Assembly (NCBI GenBank): GCA_938044045.1
Contig: CALIQN010000110.1
Coordinates: 1 to 60,581, forward strand
Direction of reading: 5' to 3'
DNA length: 60,581 nt
Origin: an uncultured Peptococcaceae bacterium
GTDB lineage: Bacteria > Bacillota > Peptococcia > Peptococcales > Peptococcaceae
Part shown: positions 1 through 13,034 of the stretch, piece by piece
Numbering within the stretch: the first letter of the stretch is position 1
How the letters are laid out: every line of letters starts with the position of its first letter
The notes under the pieces: model-generated
Database searches by the model: none
Told to the model about the DNA's origin: nothing
Seen by the model: the letters and a program-made list of their open reading frames with translations, nothing else
Program-made: the position numbers and the translations under genes

Positions 1-247
1 CTAACTTACTTTTTATAAGATAGCCTCCTAAAATAATGAATTAAAATTACACCATCACAACTATTAGCTAAAGCTAACAATTATGCAATAAAAAGTATGA
101 TACAGATGTATAACTTTGTCAAGTTGTTAGAAGGCAAGAAACTATTGTTTAGAGAGTATTATTTTTACTAAAAACACTTAACTAAGGCTAATTTTAACAG
201 TTTAAAAAGATTATATAAAATATTTTGATTAATAACTAAAAAGTTTT

Positions 248-724
248 TTAAAGTTTATCTTGGCTAGGGGCGTCATCGCCCTTGTCATATTGATAGAGAA
301 TGACACCAGCTTCTTCAAAAAAAGTCATGGCAAGGTCATCCGGATACCTACCGATAAATACCACCCGTTTAATACCGGCATTGATGAGCATTTTGGCACA
401 GAGGCTACAAGGGGAGTCTGTAACATAGCAAGTCCCACCATCAATGGAAACCCCTAAGACGGCAGCCTGAATGATGGCATTTTGTTCGGCATGAGTAGCT
501 CGACAAAGTTCTTGGCGTGTGCCTGAGGGAATTTTGAGCTTTTCTCGCATACAGCCGCCAAGGTCATCACAGTGTGCCATGCCCTTAGGTGCCCCATTGT
601 AGCCAGTGGTAATAATATGGTTATCCTTGACAATCACTGCACCGACTTGTCTTCTTAGACAGGTGGAGCGTGTTGCCACGATTTTGGTAATTTCAATAAA
701 GTAGGTATCCCAGCTTGGTCTCAT
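248..724 (-). CDS. dCMP deaminase (ComEB-type cytidine/deoxycytidylate deaminase)
   Basis: ORF 248..778. Zinc motifs HAEQNAI and [14 protein letters not shown]. Start moved to the internal ATG (MRPSWDTYF), which follows an AAGGAGAGAG RBS. Confidence 0.9.
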   Translation of the reverse strand: MRPSWDTYFIEITKIVATRSTCLRRQVGAVIVKDNHIITTGYNGAPKGMAHCDDLGGCMREKLKIPSGTRQELCRATHAEQNAIIQAAVLGVSIDGGTCYVTDSPCSLCAKMLINAGIKRVVFIGRYPDDLAMTFFEEAGVILYQYDKGDDAPSQDKL

Positions 725-831
725 AATCTCTCTCCTTAAGTTAAACTTGAGTCTAGCAAATTCTAAGCCATCTTGCAAGTTATGGCAAAGGTGACGTATA
801 CTAGGGTTATATAGGTGAGGAGGTTTTTATT

Positions 832-1140
832 ATGGACAAGAAGATTATTGCCCTACCACGTTTAAATGCCCTATCCCCTACCTTGGAATCTACTGCCTTA
901 AAGCTCATGGAAGAGACTGGCGAGCTGGCTCAGGCGATTGGCAAGTTTCGTGGGTTATCTGGCGAGGTGGCACTTTCAGACACTGAGGTTACAGAAAAAC
1001 TTGGTGAAGAGCTTTTGGATGTAGCGCAGACGGCAGTATCGATGATGTATGTGTTAGAAGAAGATTATGGGGTGGATTTATCCCAAGCTTTGGAAAAGCA
1101 TATTCAAAAATTGATTGATAAAAATTACTTAAAACGATAG
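832..1140 (+). CDS. small MazG-like nucleotide pyrophosphohydrolase
   Basis: 102 aa with an LMEETGELAQAI-type MazG helix motif. GAGGAGG RBS. Confidence 0.7.
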   Translation: MDKKIIALPRLNALSPTLESTALKLMEETGELAQAIGKFRGLSGEVALSDTEVTEKLGEELLDVAQTAVSMMYVLEEDYGVDLSQALEKHIQKLIDKNYLKR

Positions 1141-1150
1141 GAGAGTAGCC

Positions 1151-2302
1151 ATGGAACAGACTGTAAAAAAAATAGCCTTTATCTTTGGCACGAGACCAGA
1201 AGCCATCAAGATGGCACCTTTAGTAAAGGCAGTAGAAAAAGAGGCAGGGCTCAAGCCTTTGGTGATTGTCACTGCCCAACATCGTGAGATGCTTGATCAA
1301 GTGATGGCACTTTTTGAACTTGAGGCAGACTATGATTTGAATTTAATGAAGGCTGGACAGAGCCTAGGTGATATTACCACAGGTGCCCTTTGTGGCTTGG
1401 AAGAAGTTTTAAAAAAAGAACGCCCTGATATGGTACTTGTTCATGGGGATACCACGACAACCTTTGCTGGTGCCTTAGCGAGTTTCTATCAAGGGATTAA
1501 GGTTGGCCATGTGGAGGCAGGACTACGCTCCTTTGATATGAGTTCTCCTTTTCCTGAAGAGGCCAATAGAAAACTCACAGGTGTACTTTCCAGCTATCAT
1601 TTTGCCCCAACACCATCAGCTTGTGATAATCTCCTTAGAGAAGGGATTAAGCCTGAAAGTATTTTAGTGACAGGCAATACAGTGATTGATGCCTTGATGG
1701 AGACAGCGAATAAGCCTTATACCTTTACGCCTGAACTCGAGGCGATTTTGAGCAAGCCAGCCAAGAAGATTCTTTTGACCACGCACCGTAGAGAAAACCA
1801 AGGGGAACCAATGCGTCAAACCTTTGAAGGCATCTTGGATTTAGTCCAAGCCGATCAGGAGGTTTATGTCATCTTCCCTGTGCATAAAAATCCAAAAATC
1901 AGAGCTTTGGCAAAGGAAGTCTTAGGGGAACATCCACAAATTCTTTGTATTGAACCTTTAGACTACTTGCCTTTTGTACACTTAATCAGTAGAGTGGACT
2001 TGGTATTGACAGATTCTGGTGGCTTACAAGAAGAAGCCCCATCTTTAGGCAAGCCAGTTTTAGTGCTTAGAGATAATACTGAACGTCCTGAAGCCATTGA
2101 GGCAGGAACTGTTGTTTTAATTGGTACAGATAAGGTTATCTTAAAGAAAAGTGTTAGCGAACTTTTGTATCATGATGAGGCTTATCAAAAGATGGCGCAA
2201 GCCATTAACCCTTATGGCGATGGAAAAGCATCCGAGCGTATTGTCCAAGGGATAAAATATTTCTTAGGCTTAACAGAGGTGCCTGCCCAAAATTGGCAAT
2301 AG
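1151..2302 (+). CDS. wecB: UDP-N-acetylglucosamine 2-epimerase (non-hydrolysing)
   Basis: 383 aa. FGTRPEAIKMAPL, HVEAGLRS and TDSGGLQEEAPSLGKPVLVLR are typical WecB/MnaA motifs. Confidence 0.93.
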   Translation: MEQTVKKIAFIFGTRPEAIKMAPLVKAVEKEAGLKPLVIVTAQHREMLDQVMALFELEADYDLNLMKAGQSLGDITTGALCGLEEVLKKERPDMVLVHGDTTTTFAGALASFYQGIKVGHVEAGLRSFDMSSPFPEEANRKLTGVLSSYHFAPTPSACDNLLREGIKPESILVTGNTVIDALMETANKPYTFTPELEAILSKPAKKILLTTHRRENQGEPMRQTFEGILDLVQADQEVYVIFPVHKNPKIRALAKEVLGEHPQILCIEPLDYLPFVHLISRVDLVLTDSGGLQEEAPSLGKPVLVLRDNTERPEAIEAGTVVLIGTDKVILKKSVSELLYHDEAYQKMAQAINPYGDGKASERIVQGIKYFLGLTEVPAQNWQ

Positions 2303-2362
2303 TCCTAGCTTTTTGAAGCTGAGATAGCTTTTTTAAGCGAAAGCTAAATTGTAGTGAGAATA

Positions 2363-2391
2363 TTGCAAAGCATTTTAGGTTTCGTTATAAT
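2363..2391 (+). promoter_or_regulatory. candidate sigma-A promoter of the atp operon
   Basis: TTGCAA (2363..2368), 17-nt spacer, TATAAT (2386..2391). Lies about 60 nt upstream of the first atp ORF. Confidence 0.55.
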
Positions 2392-2448
2392 GGGATAGAT
2401 AGCTCAAAGCTTACTTCTGTAGGCATTTTAGCGAGGAGGAAGAGTCGC

Positions 2449-2748
2449 GTGGATAAGAAAAAAGACGTCAAAATACCAGACTTTTCTCTCTTGCCCTCAA
2501 AACGTCTTAGAAAAAATCGTGACATCAAAGCCTTTACTTTAGGGATGAATATTGTCGTTAATTTTGCCATTATTATGGCTGTCTCCCTATTTATTACTGT
2601 TAAGGTTGGACTTTTTCTGGATGAAAAATTAGGTACTGGCTTTATTTTTACTTTTCTTGGTGCGATTTTGGGGATTTTTTCTAGTTTTAGAGTACTCTTT
2701 GACCAAATTAGGATTTTAGACAGAGAGGAGGGCGAGGATGAATCCTAG
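2449..2748 (+). CDS. AtpZ/AtpI-like small membrane protein (ATP synthase gene-1 family)
   Basis: 99 aa, 2 TM, GTG start after a GAGGAGGA RBS. It is the first gene of the atp operon. Confidence 0.7.
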   Translation: MDKKKDVKIPDFSLLPSKRLRKNRDIKAFTLGMNIVVNFAIIMAVSLFITVKVGLFLDEKLGTGFIFTFLGAILGIFSSFRVLFDQIRILDREEGEDES

Positions 2749-3025
2749 CCTAGTAAGCTTCTGTCTTGCCTTTCTCTTTGGTGTTACACTCTCCCTTTTA
2801 GGAGGATTAATTATCAAAATTTTTGCTAAAAAAGCAAGTATTGGTGGCGTACAGATGGCATTTTTATGTCGGTTTATGATTGATGTTGCTGCCTTTAGCC
2901 TTATTTATCAAGTTTATCACTCTCTTCCAAGTCTAGTTGGTTTGGCCTTGGGATTGATGAGTTATAAAAATGTATTGGTTTTTCGTGTCATCAAAGAAAG
3001 TTGGCAGGAAAAGAGAAAGGAGTGA
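2738..3025 (+). CDS. atpI: ATP synthase protein I-like membrane protein
   Basis: 95 aa, hydrophobic. Overlaps the upstream ORF and lies immediately before atpB. Confidence 0.65.
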   Translation: MNPSLVSFCLAFLFGVTLSLLGGLIIKIFAKKASIGGVQMAFLCRFMIDVAAFSLIYQVYHSLPSLVGLALGLMSYKNVLVFRVIKESWQEKRKE

Positions 3026-3029
3026 GTTA

Positions 3030-3722
3030 ATGTTTGCAGAGCCAGCCTTTGCCGCCGTTAGTGAGGAAAGTAGTGTCGTATGGGAAAATGGCTATATTAC
3101 CTTGAGTAGTGAGATTATTACTATGTGGGTGCTTATCGCACTTATCGGCATTATAGGCTACTTGGGAACAAGAAAGTTGAAAATGGTACCAACAGGACTT
3201 CAAAATGTCTTGGAGTACACTATCGAAGGGTTTATAGGTTTTTTTGAATCCATTTTAGGCAGAGAAAGAGCGAGAACCTTTGGTCCTTATCTTTTCACCT
3301 TTTTTATTCTCATCCTTTTTTCCAACTACGTAGGCTTACTGCCACTAGCTGGACATTTGCCAGGGTACAAGCCACCGACCAGTAACCTTAGTGTGACTGC
3401 TGCTTTGGCACTTATTGTACTCATCAGTTACTTTGTATTGGGGATTCGCTATGGCGGTAAAAAGTTTTTAAAGTTTTACTTTGGCCCGATGATTCTGGTC
3501 AATCTTTTAGAGACAATTACCAGACCGCTATCCCTCGCCTTGCGTCTGTATGGGAATATCTTTGGGGAAGAAATGATTATTTTAATCTTATTTAGTATGG
3601 TGCCCCTATTTTTACCCTTACCGATGTATCTCTTAAGCATCATGTTTGGTGGGATTCAAGCTTTTGTGTTTACGCTTTTGACGGCTGTTTATTTAGAAGA
3701 GGCGTTAAGTGGTGGACACTAA
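3030..3722 (+). CDS. atpB: F0 ATP synthase subunit a
   Basis: LSLALRLYGNIFGEE stator-arginine motif. Start set at ATG 3030 (MFAEPAF) after GGAG. Confidence 0.93.
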   Translation: MFAEPAFAAVSEESSVVWENGYITLSSEIITMWVLIALIGIIGYLGTRKLKMVPTGLQNVLEYTIEGFIGFFESILGRERARTFGPYLFTFFILILFSNYVGLLPLAGHLPGYKPPTSNLSVTAALALIVLISYFVLGIRYGGKKFLKFYFGPMILVNLLETITRPLSLALRLYGNIFGEEMIILILFSMVPLFLPLPMYLLSIMFGGIQAFVFTLLTAVYLEEALSGGH

Positions 3723-3845
3723 TTAAAGTACAAGCTATCGGAGGATTTGCTTTATAGCTAGTTTTTTTGTGGGTGCTAGGGCAAGTTCCTTCAAAAAAAC
3801 ACAAGTCTCTCACTAGAGGTAAGAAACTAACTTAACGACAATTAG

Positions 3846-4103
<258 letters not shown>

Positions 4104-4143
4104 GTAAATCATGAAGTTCTAGGAAAGGGGGGCGTAGTCTGAG

Positions 4144-4626
4144 ATGGAGATCAATCTTTCAACAGTCTTAATGTCGATGGTAAACTTCTTTATCTTGCTT
4201 TTTATTGTCAAAAAGTTTCTCTACAAGCCTATCCTAAATGTATTGGATGAGCGTGAGGCTTCTGTCAAAGCAACTTTGGCAGGCGCTGATGCAGCAAAAG
4301 AAGAGGCTGAGGCGTTAAAGGCGTGTTACTCAAGGACATTGCAGGACGCCCACAGAGAAGCCAAAGAAATCCTCAATAAGGCGACGAAAGTAGGGGAAGA
4401 AGAAAAGGCACGGTTTATTGAAGAGTCTAAAAAAGAAATTCTTACCATACATTTTCGTGCTAAAGAGGAGCTAGCCAGAGACAAGGAGACTGCTTTTTTG
4501 AGTTTAAAAGAAGAAGTAGCTGACCTTGCCATCGAGGCATCTAGTATTATTTTGGGTCGTGAAGTTAAAAAAGAAGATCATGAAAAGGCAATCAATGATT
4601 ATCTTAGTCAAAGAGTAGAGGTGTAG
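4144..4626 (+). CDS. atpF: F0 ATP synthase subunit b
   Basis: One N-terminal TM followed by a long charged helix. Operon position fits. Confidence 0.9.
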   Translation: MEINLSTVLMSMVNFFILLFIVKKFLYKPILNVLDEREASVKATLAGADAAKEEAEALKACYSRTLQDAHREAKEILNKATKVGEEEKARFIEESKKEILTIHFRAKEELARDKETAFLSLKEEVADLAIEASSIILGREVKKEDHEKAINDYLSQRVEV

Positions 4627-4629
4627 CCT

Positions 4630-5184
4630 ATGTTAGATGAACGTATTGCTAGGCGCTATGCTAAAGCTTTGTTTGACTTGGCACTAGAAGTCGATCGTCC
4701 CAGGGAAATAGGCATGGAATTTCTTAGTGTGACTGAAACCTTGGATGAAAACGCCTCTTTAGGGAAGCTTTTTGTAGAGGGCGTTTATGTCACAAGGGAA
4801 TTAGAGGCAGTTACCAGAGGAGTTTTTAAAGATAAAGATGCTTATCTTGTCAATTTTATCTGTCTTTTGATTGAAAAAAGACGGACAGCTTATATTTATC
4901 TTATCCAAGAAGTTTATCAAGACCTGCTTGATCAGTATGAAGGGATTGCAGATGCCGAAGTGGTATCTGCTTTTGCCCTTGATGAGGCGGATCTAGAAAA
5001 GATTAAAAGGCATCTAGAGGAGAAATTTCAAATCAAAATCAGACTAAATGCCAAGGTGGATCCAAGCTTGATCGCAGGCATTCGAGTTCAATATAAGGAT
5101 TATGTCTCAGACTCATCTTACAAGACAAGGCTTTTAGAGATGAGCAAAAAAATACTTGCAAATGAACAGGAGGTGAACCTATGA
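4630..5184 (+). CDS. atpH: F1 ATP synthase subunit delta
   Basis: 184 aa. [14 protein letters not shown]-type N-terminus. Operon position fits. Confidence 0.9.
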   Translation: MLDERIARRYAKALFDLALEVDRPREIGMEFLSVTETLDENASLGKLFVEGVYVTRELEAVTRGVFKDKDAYLVNFICLLIEKRRTAYIYLIQEVYQDLLDQYEGIADAEVVSAFALDEADLEKIKRHLEEKFQIKIRLNAKVDPSLIAGIRVQYKDYVSDSSYKTRLLEMSKKILANEQEVNL

Positions 5185-6695
5185 GCATTAGACCAGATGA
5201 GATTAGTGCGATTTTAAAAACACAGATCAAAAACTTCGATACCAAGTTAGAGGCCAGTGAAGTCGGCATGGTAATTGAAGTAGGTGATGGGATTGCTCGT
5301 GTTCACGGACTTCAAAATACCATGGTAAACGAACTATTGGAGTTTCCTGGTGGGGTTAAGGGTATGGCACAAAACCTTGAGGAAGACAATATTGGTTGTA
5401 TCATCCTTGGGGAGTATATTCATATCAAAGAAGGTGACCTTGTCAAACGTACAGGGCGTATTGTTGAGGTACCTGTTGGCGATGCCTTAATTGGGCGTGT
5501 CGTCAATGCTATCGGTGAACCTATTGATGGCAAGGGGCCGATTGTTACTGACAAGAGCCGTCCAGTGGAAAATGTTGCTTCTGGGGTTATCACACGTAAG
5601 GAAGTTAAAGAGCCACTTCAAACAGGGCTAAAGGCGATTGATGCTTTAGTGCCGATTGGTAGAGGACAAAGAGAGCTTATCATTGGCGATAGACAAACAG
5701 GTAAGACAGCCATTGCCATTGATACTATCATCAATCAAAAAGGAAAAGACGTCATTTGTATCTATGTTGCCATTGGACAAAAGGCATCAACCGTTGCCAA
5801 TGTTGTTACCAAGTTAGAAAACTTTGGGGCGATGGAGTATACCATTGTTGTTTCTGCCAGTGCTTCTGAAGCCTCTCCTATGCTCTACCTTGCACCTTAT
5901 GCGGGGGCAGCGATAGGGGAAGAGTTTATGTTTAACGGTAGAGATGTCCTAATTGTTTATGATGACTTATCCAAACAAGCTGTCGCTTACCGTGAAATCT
6001 CTCTTTTACTTCGTCGTCCACCAGGACGTGAAGCTTATCCAGGGGATGTCTTTTATCTCCACTCACGCTTATTAGAAAGAGCTGCAAAATTAGATGATAA
6101 TTATGGTGGTGGCTCAATGACAGCCCTACCAATTATTGAGACTCAAGCATCTGACGTCTCTGCTTATATTCCAACCAATGTTATCTCTATCACCGATGGT
6201 CAGATTTTCTTGGAAAGTCATCTCTTCTACTCAGGCATTCGACCTGCAATCAATGCAGGGATTTCCGTTTCCCGTGTTGGGGGCTCTGCTCAAGTTAAGG
6301 CGATGAAAAAGGTCGCTGGGAACTTGCGTATTGACCTTGCCCAATACAATGAACTCAAGGCCTTTGCCCAATTTGGTTCTGACCTTGATGAAGGGACAAA
6401 GGCAACTTTGGCAAGAGGGGAAAGGGTAACTGAAATCTTAAAACAAGATCAGTACCAACCAATGCCAGTAGAAAATCAGATTGCCGTCATTTATGCAGTT
6501 TCTAAGGGCTATACTGATGATATTGAAGTGAGCAAGATAAGAGCATTTGAAAAAGAATTCTTATCTTACCTCGCTTCTAGTGAATATAAGGCGAGTGTTT
6601 TAGAACCACTACAAACAGAAGGTGTCTTGACCGATGAAGTGGAAAACGCCTTAAAAACAGCGATAGAGAGCTTTAAGGTAAGTTTTTTAGCCTAG
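5181..6695 (+). CDS. atpA: F1 ATP synthase subunit alpha
   Basis: Walker A GDRQTGKT. Full-length alpha subunit. Confidence 0.98.
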   Translation: MSIRPDEISAILKTQIKNFDTKLEASEVGMVIEVGDGIARVHGLQNTMVNELLEFPGGVKGMAQNLEEDNIGCIILGEYIHIKEGDLVKRTGRIVEVPVGDALIGRVVNAIGEPIDGKGPIVTDKSRPVENVASGVITRKEVKEPLQTGLKAIDALVPIGRGQRELIIGDRQTGKTAIAIDTIINQKGKDVICIYVAIGQKASTVANVVTKLENFGAMEYTIVVSASASEASPMLYLAPYAGAAIGEEFMFNGRDVLIVYDDLSKQAVAYREISLLLRRPPGREAYPGDVFYLHSRLLERAAKLDDNYGGGSMTALPIIETQASDVSAYIPTNVISITDGQIFLESHLFYSGIRPAINAGISVSRVGGSAQVKAMKKVAGNLRIDLAQYNELKAFAQFGSDLDEGTKATLARGERVTEILKQDQYQPMPVENQIAVIYAVSKGYTDDIEVSKIRAFEKEFLSYLASSEYKASVLEPLQTEGVLTDEVENALKTAIESFKVSFLA

Positions 6696-6713
6696 TGAAA
6701 GAAGGTGTTTTAA

Positions 6714-9042
<2,329 letters not shown>

Positions 9043-9043
<1 letters not shown>

Positions 9044-9306
9044 TGGCTCAACGTTTTCGTTTTCAAGGTGTCACTGCTCAAGGGTTTGTCATTGATGAAG
9101 AAATTACTGCCTTTTATGTAGATAACCCAAAAGGTTCCTTTGGGCTCATGGCAGGACATGCCCCTATTGTTTCTAGCTTAGAGACTTCTTCTGTACGCTA
9201 CGAAATCGATGGGAAAGAGACAAAACTTGAGGTGGAAGAGGGCTTTATAGAAATGCGTGATAACATTTTGACCCTCTTGGCAAAGAGTATAAAAATTGTA
9301 GAATAA
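9043..9306 (+). CDS. atpC: F1 ATP synthase subunit epsilon, N-terminal beta-sandwich only (87 aa)
   Basis: GSFGLMAGHAPIVSSL motif. The ORF stops just before the terminator and has no C-terminal helical hairpin. Confidence 0.88.
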
Positions 9307-9366
9307 AAAAAGGTATTATCCAAATGTCCCTTTTGGGCTGAGTTTGGATAATACCTTTTTATTTTT
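9307..9366 (+). terminator. intrinsic terminator of the atp operon
   Basis: AGGTATTATCCAAA (9311..9324) pairs with TTTGGATAATACCT (9343..9356), followed by a T-run. Confidence 0.85.
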
Positions 9367-9486
9367 GCCACAGTTTTGCCAAGATTTTAAGGTGATTTTA
9401 CCGAAATTAATGGACTATACTAACACCAAGCTAAGCGAAACGCTTATAAATAATAGACCTCAATAAAAAAGGGATAGGTGAAGAAA

Positions 9487-10176
9487 ATGAAAAAAATGAC
9501 TACCTTAGTCTTAGCTGGTGCTTTAATCGCCTCTTCAGTGATGTCAGCTTTTGGAGCAAATGCAGTAGAATTTAATAAAGTTGATCAAAAAACAGCATTT
9601 ACAGTGACACAGAATAATACGATAGATAAAACTATGGCAATGAGCATGGAAACCTATATTAAAAGCTTGAGTGTTTTAAGTGAAAAAGAAAAACAACAGC
9701 TTTTACAAACAGAAAAAGCCCTAGCGCCTAAAGTCAAAGCCCTAAATGAAATCAATGCCAAGCTGGATGACAAAATCAGCCAAGCCTTTAAAGCCATCAA
9801 CCTCTATAAGCAATACGAAGCCTTTGACAGTAAAAGAAATGAAGCCCTTTGGGAAAAACTGTATAAAAAGGTCGGCAGAAATGAGTTTGGCATGGATGAA
9901 AAAGCCTTGATTAAAATTTCAACAACACTCACCAATCGAGAAAAAAATAGCCTTCTAAAAGAGCTTGATGCCCTTGAAAAGCTAGACAAGAAAGCAGATA
10001 GCAAAGAAAAAGAAGTCCTAGCCAAGGAAAAAGACCTTGTTGCCCAAGCCAAAAAACTAAAAGCAGAAATTGCCGCAGAACATGCTAAAAACCAAGCCAT
10101 ATGGGATAAGGTAACCAAGGACGCTAGAGCCAATGATAAGACTGATGACCCTAGTGTTATCCCTTATAAACAATAG
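9487..10176 (+). CDS. secreted coiled-coil protein, function unknown
   Basis: Signal peptide MKKMTTLVLAGALIASSVMSAFGANA. The rest is K/E-rich and helical. A GTG at 9478 is an alternative start. Confidence 0.7.
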   Translation: MKKMTTLVLAGALIASSVMSAFGANAVEFNKVDQKTAFTVTQNNTIDKTMAMSMETYIKSLSVLSEKEKQQLLQTEKALAPKVKALNEINAKLDDKISQAFKAINLYKQYEAFDSKRNEALWEKLYKKVGRNEFGMDEKALIKISTTLTNREKNSLLKELDALEKLDKKADSKEKEVLAKEKDLVAQAKKLKAEIAAEHAKNQAIWDKVTKDARANDKTDDPSVIPYKQ

Positions 10177-10265
10177 ATAATAAGCTCAACTGACAGTAAG
10201 GAAAGAAGTTACAAATCACAAAACTGTTTTTTTATAAATGACTCCTTAAAAATAAATTTTCACAT

Positions 10266-10297
10266 AAAAAAATCTCCCTCTATAGGGAGATTTTTTA
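10266..10297 (+). terminator. intrinsic terminator
   Basis: TCTCCCT / AGGGAGA stem followed by T6. Confidence 0.7.
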
Positions 10298-10533
10298 TGG
10301 GTAGGTGAGATTTTGGAAAAAAATAGCATTGACATAGTATATATTTAATAATAGACTACTATTAGTTAGCCAATACTATCAAAAAAGAGAAAGATTTGCG
10401 CATAAAATGAAACTTCAAAGGTATAAGAATGGGATATATAGGGTGTTGCGATAGCAATTTGAGTAAAAAATGATGGACAGGCTGATGGACTTTATAGGTT
10501 TATCTATAAGTCAATTGTCTATAAGGATTTGAT

Positions 10534-10928
10534 ATGAAGAAGAATATTGTATTCATATTGTTTTTGACTTGTATAGTAACATTAACTTCATGTTCACATT
10601 CACAAGAAAAGACAAAAAAAGAGGTATATTTAGGGATAGATGTTGAAATATTGGGAATAGATAAGAAAAATAAAATTTTAACTGTAATTGGATTAGAAGA
10701 TTATGATAAAAAATTCTTCGACTCAACAGGTAAAATTGATTGTATAAATTTGGAGGAAATTGTAAACTTTTTATTTCTAAACCAGATTTGGATATAGTTT
10801 TGATATCTTTTGATGATTTAAAAATTTCCGACCATATTAAAGTGAATATAAGTAATGATGAATTTAAAAAGATGCAGGAAACTGGGGTTGCAAAAGTAGA
10901 GCAGATGGAACTACTAAGTAAAGATTAA
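10534..10928 (+). pseudogene. small lipoprotein gene apparently split by a frameshift
   Basis: ORF 10534..10797 has lipobox LTSC. The overlapping ORF 10740..10928 in another frame continues plausibly (KLFISKPDLDIVLISFDDLK...) and has no ATG or RBS of its own. Confidence 0.45.
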
Positions 10929-11024
10929 AGCGTTAGAAGATTGTTGTCATCTTTGTCAACAGTCTTCTTTTTGTATTAAATATAAAGATAAAATGATTTG
11001 GGTAATATGAAGGAGATGCTAGCA

Positions 11025-11491
11025 ATGTATAAATTGATGGCTAAGTTTGTTAGGACAAGAAAAGAGGGCTATACACCTGCTAGAATGGTTTTTTTAGTGG
11101 TTGCTTTCTTAGTTGTCTTTCTATACTATTATCCTTTTTTTTTTTGATTTTTCTACCAGCTAAAATGGATCTTGGCAGATTGATTGAACCATGGCTAGCT
11201 ATTGGTGATCGTATTGGCTTTTTTATCTCTGCGCCAGTGATAACAGGACTAATCTCTGTGGTGATCCTAGCTCGCTACAAGAGTATCTTGCTAAAGATAT
11301 TTTTTATCTTTTGCTACCTCCTAGCCCTTTATTTCATCTTCATTTATATGGAGACTTTTAAACTCATGGGCATAAGCTATTGGGCTGAACTTGCTTCTTG
11401 TCTCTTGCCTCAAGTAATTATCCTTTTTCTCCATGGTTTAATCTTTAGGGTGCATTATTGTGAGAGGCGAAAAGAGTATCATGATGATTAG
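11025..11491 (+). pseudogene. membrane protein gene interrupted at a T11 homopolymer
   Basis: ATG 11025 gives a 40-aa TM segment that ends in TGA right after T11 (11135..11145). One extra T would fuse it in frame to ORF 11144..11491. Confidence 0.5.
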
Positions 11492-11532
11492 GCAAAAACA
11501 AAAAGCGCCAATTTTAGTAAAGAATTGACGCC

Positions 11533-11886
11533 TTAGGCAAAGTTGGAAACCAAGAAGATAAAGATTGGATAAAACACAAGAAAAAAGCTAAAAATGGCGA
11601 ATTTCCGGCGCTCATTGTTAAAGGAAATCACGACAAAGTAAATACTAAAGACATAGAGTGCCACTTGAACAAAAGAGAGGACTAAAAATAAGGTATTGAT
11701 AGAAGCATAACCATGAAAGCCTGTAAATAGGACGCCAATAAGATACAAAAGATAAATACTGGCAATGCTCAAGCTTGCGAGTAAAGTACGGTTGATATTA
11801 AAATTAAACTTTAAATTAAAGCTTAATTTTGGACGCTTTAACTTTGGTAATTTTAACTGTGATAGTTTTATTTTCGGCAGTTTCAT
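11533..11886 (-). CDS. membrane protein with a basic KLPK-repeat N-terminus, function unknown
   Basis: Start set at the internal ATG (MKLPKIKLSQLKLPKLKRPKL) after an AAGGAGGG RBS. 2-3 TM segments follow. Confidence 0.65.
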   Translation of the reverse strand: MKLPKIKLSQLKLPKLKRPKLSFNLKFNFNINRTLLASLSIASIYLLYLIGVLFTGFHGYASINTLFLVLSFVQVALYVFSIYFVVISFNNERRKFAIFSFFLVFYPIFIFLVSNFA

Positions 11887-11925
11887 TATAGCCCTCCTTT
11901 CATTGACATTGTCTCTATCATACTC

Positions 11926-11955
11926 AAAAAGCCCTTGCATTGGCAAGGGCTTTTA
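11926..11955 (-). terminator. intrinsic terminator downstream of hslO
   Basis: GCCCTTGC / GCAAGGGC stem with a T-run on the minus strand. Confidence 0.6.
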
Positions 11956-12082
11956 GGTGCTTAATGTAGGAATTTAGACAGGTTTTTTAGGACTTAGATA
12001 CTAAAGTTCTAATTAAAACTTCTAGTATTTTATTTTTGTACACTATCTTAGTTGAGATGATGTTTTATCTCAAGGGCTGTGC

Positions 12083-12958
12083 TTAATCTAAGGCCTTGAG
12101 TAAACATTTAAGTTCCTCTTCGCTAAAGTGATAGTTAGAATTACAAAAATGGCAGTGTAAGTCCGCCTTGCCATCTTCTTCTAAGAGGGCTTCAAGTTCT
12201 CGGCGTCCAAGTGCAATGAGAACACTTTCCACTTTTTCTCTAGAGCAATCGCAATGAAAGCTTAGAGGAATTTTGTCGTTGATGGTATAACCAACTTCAC
12301 CAAAGAAAAACTCTGCTAGGCTCTCTGGACTTTCACCCTTGCTATAGAGGGTAGTAAGGGAGTCTAATCCTTGAAGCTTATCTTCTAGGAGCTTGGTTGC
12401 TTCCTCACTTGCCTCAGGCATGAGCTGAAGGATAAAGCCGCCAGCATGCCAAACCTTTGTACCTGCGACTAAGACACCGAGAGAAACTGCAGAAGGTACT
12501 TGTTCAGATTGGGCAAAATAATAGGTGAGGTCTTCGGCGATTTCTCCGCTGACGATTTCAACCATACCATGGTAGGGTTGACCAAAGGGCATGTCACGGA
12601 TGACATTTAAGGTGCCTTTACCAACGAGGGCAGAGACATTGAGTTTACCATTTGGCTTATTTGCTACATTAGCCTCCGGATAGGCGATAAAACCCTTAAC
12701 CTTGCCTTGATTGTCTGCAGTGACGAGGACCTTTCCTCCTGGTCCATCGCCTTTGAGTTCTAAGGTGAGCTTATCTTTTTCACCTTTTAACATGAGTCCC
12801 ATCATAGCACCTGCTGTTAATAATCTCCCAAGGGTGGCAGTTGCAACAGGGGTGGTATGATGCTTGTCGCAAGCAGTCTGAACACAGTCTTGACTTGTGG
12901 CAAAGAAGGCTCTAATCATGCCATCAAAGGCAGTAACTCTTAAAATATAATCGCTCAT
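12083..12958 (-). CDS. hslO: redox-regulated chaperone Hsp33
   Basis: 291 aa. C-terminal zinc centre CDCSREK ... CHFCNSNY. Confidence 0.95.
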   Translation of the reverse strand: MSDYILRVTAFDGMIRAFFATSQDCVQTACDKHHTTPVATATLGRLLTAGAMMGLMLKGEKDKLTLELKGDGPGGKVLVTADNQGKVKGFIAYPEANVANKPNGKLNVSALVGKGTLNVIRDMPFGQPYHGMVEIVSGEIAEDLTYYFAQSEQVPSAVSLGVLVAGTKVWHAGGFILQLMPEASEEATKLLEDKLQGLDSLTTLYSKGESPESLAEFFFGEVGYTINDKIPLSFHCDCSREKVESVLIALGRRELEALLEEDGKADLHCHFCNSNYHFSEEELKCLLKALD

Positions 12959-13034
12959 GATGCTCTCCTTATCCTTTTCTAAAATACATACTTATGGTTT
13001 AATGATAGTGATTTTAGAAAAGGGGTCAAGCTTT

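Noticed and set aside
1-247. AT-rich left edge with a minus-strand AGGAGG (24..29), as the possible start of a gene running off the window
   Set aside because: No ATG, GTG or TTG lies at a suitable distance downstream of the RBS within the window, so it cannot be called.
3733-3768. AGCTAT / ATAGCT hairpin followed by T7 between atpB and atpE, as an internal attenuator
   Set aside because: The stem is only 6 bp with a 15-nt loop, which is too weak to call. It may modulate a/c stoichiometry, but I cannot support that.
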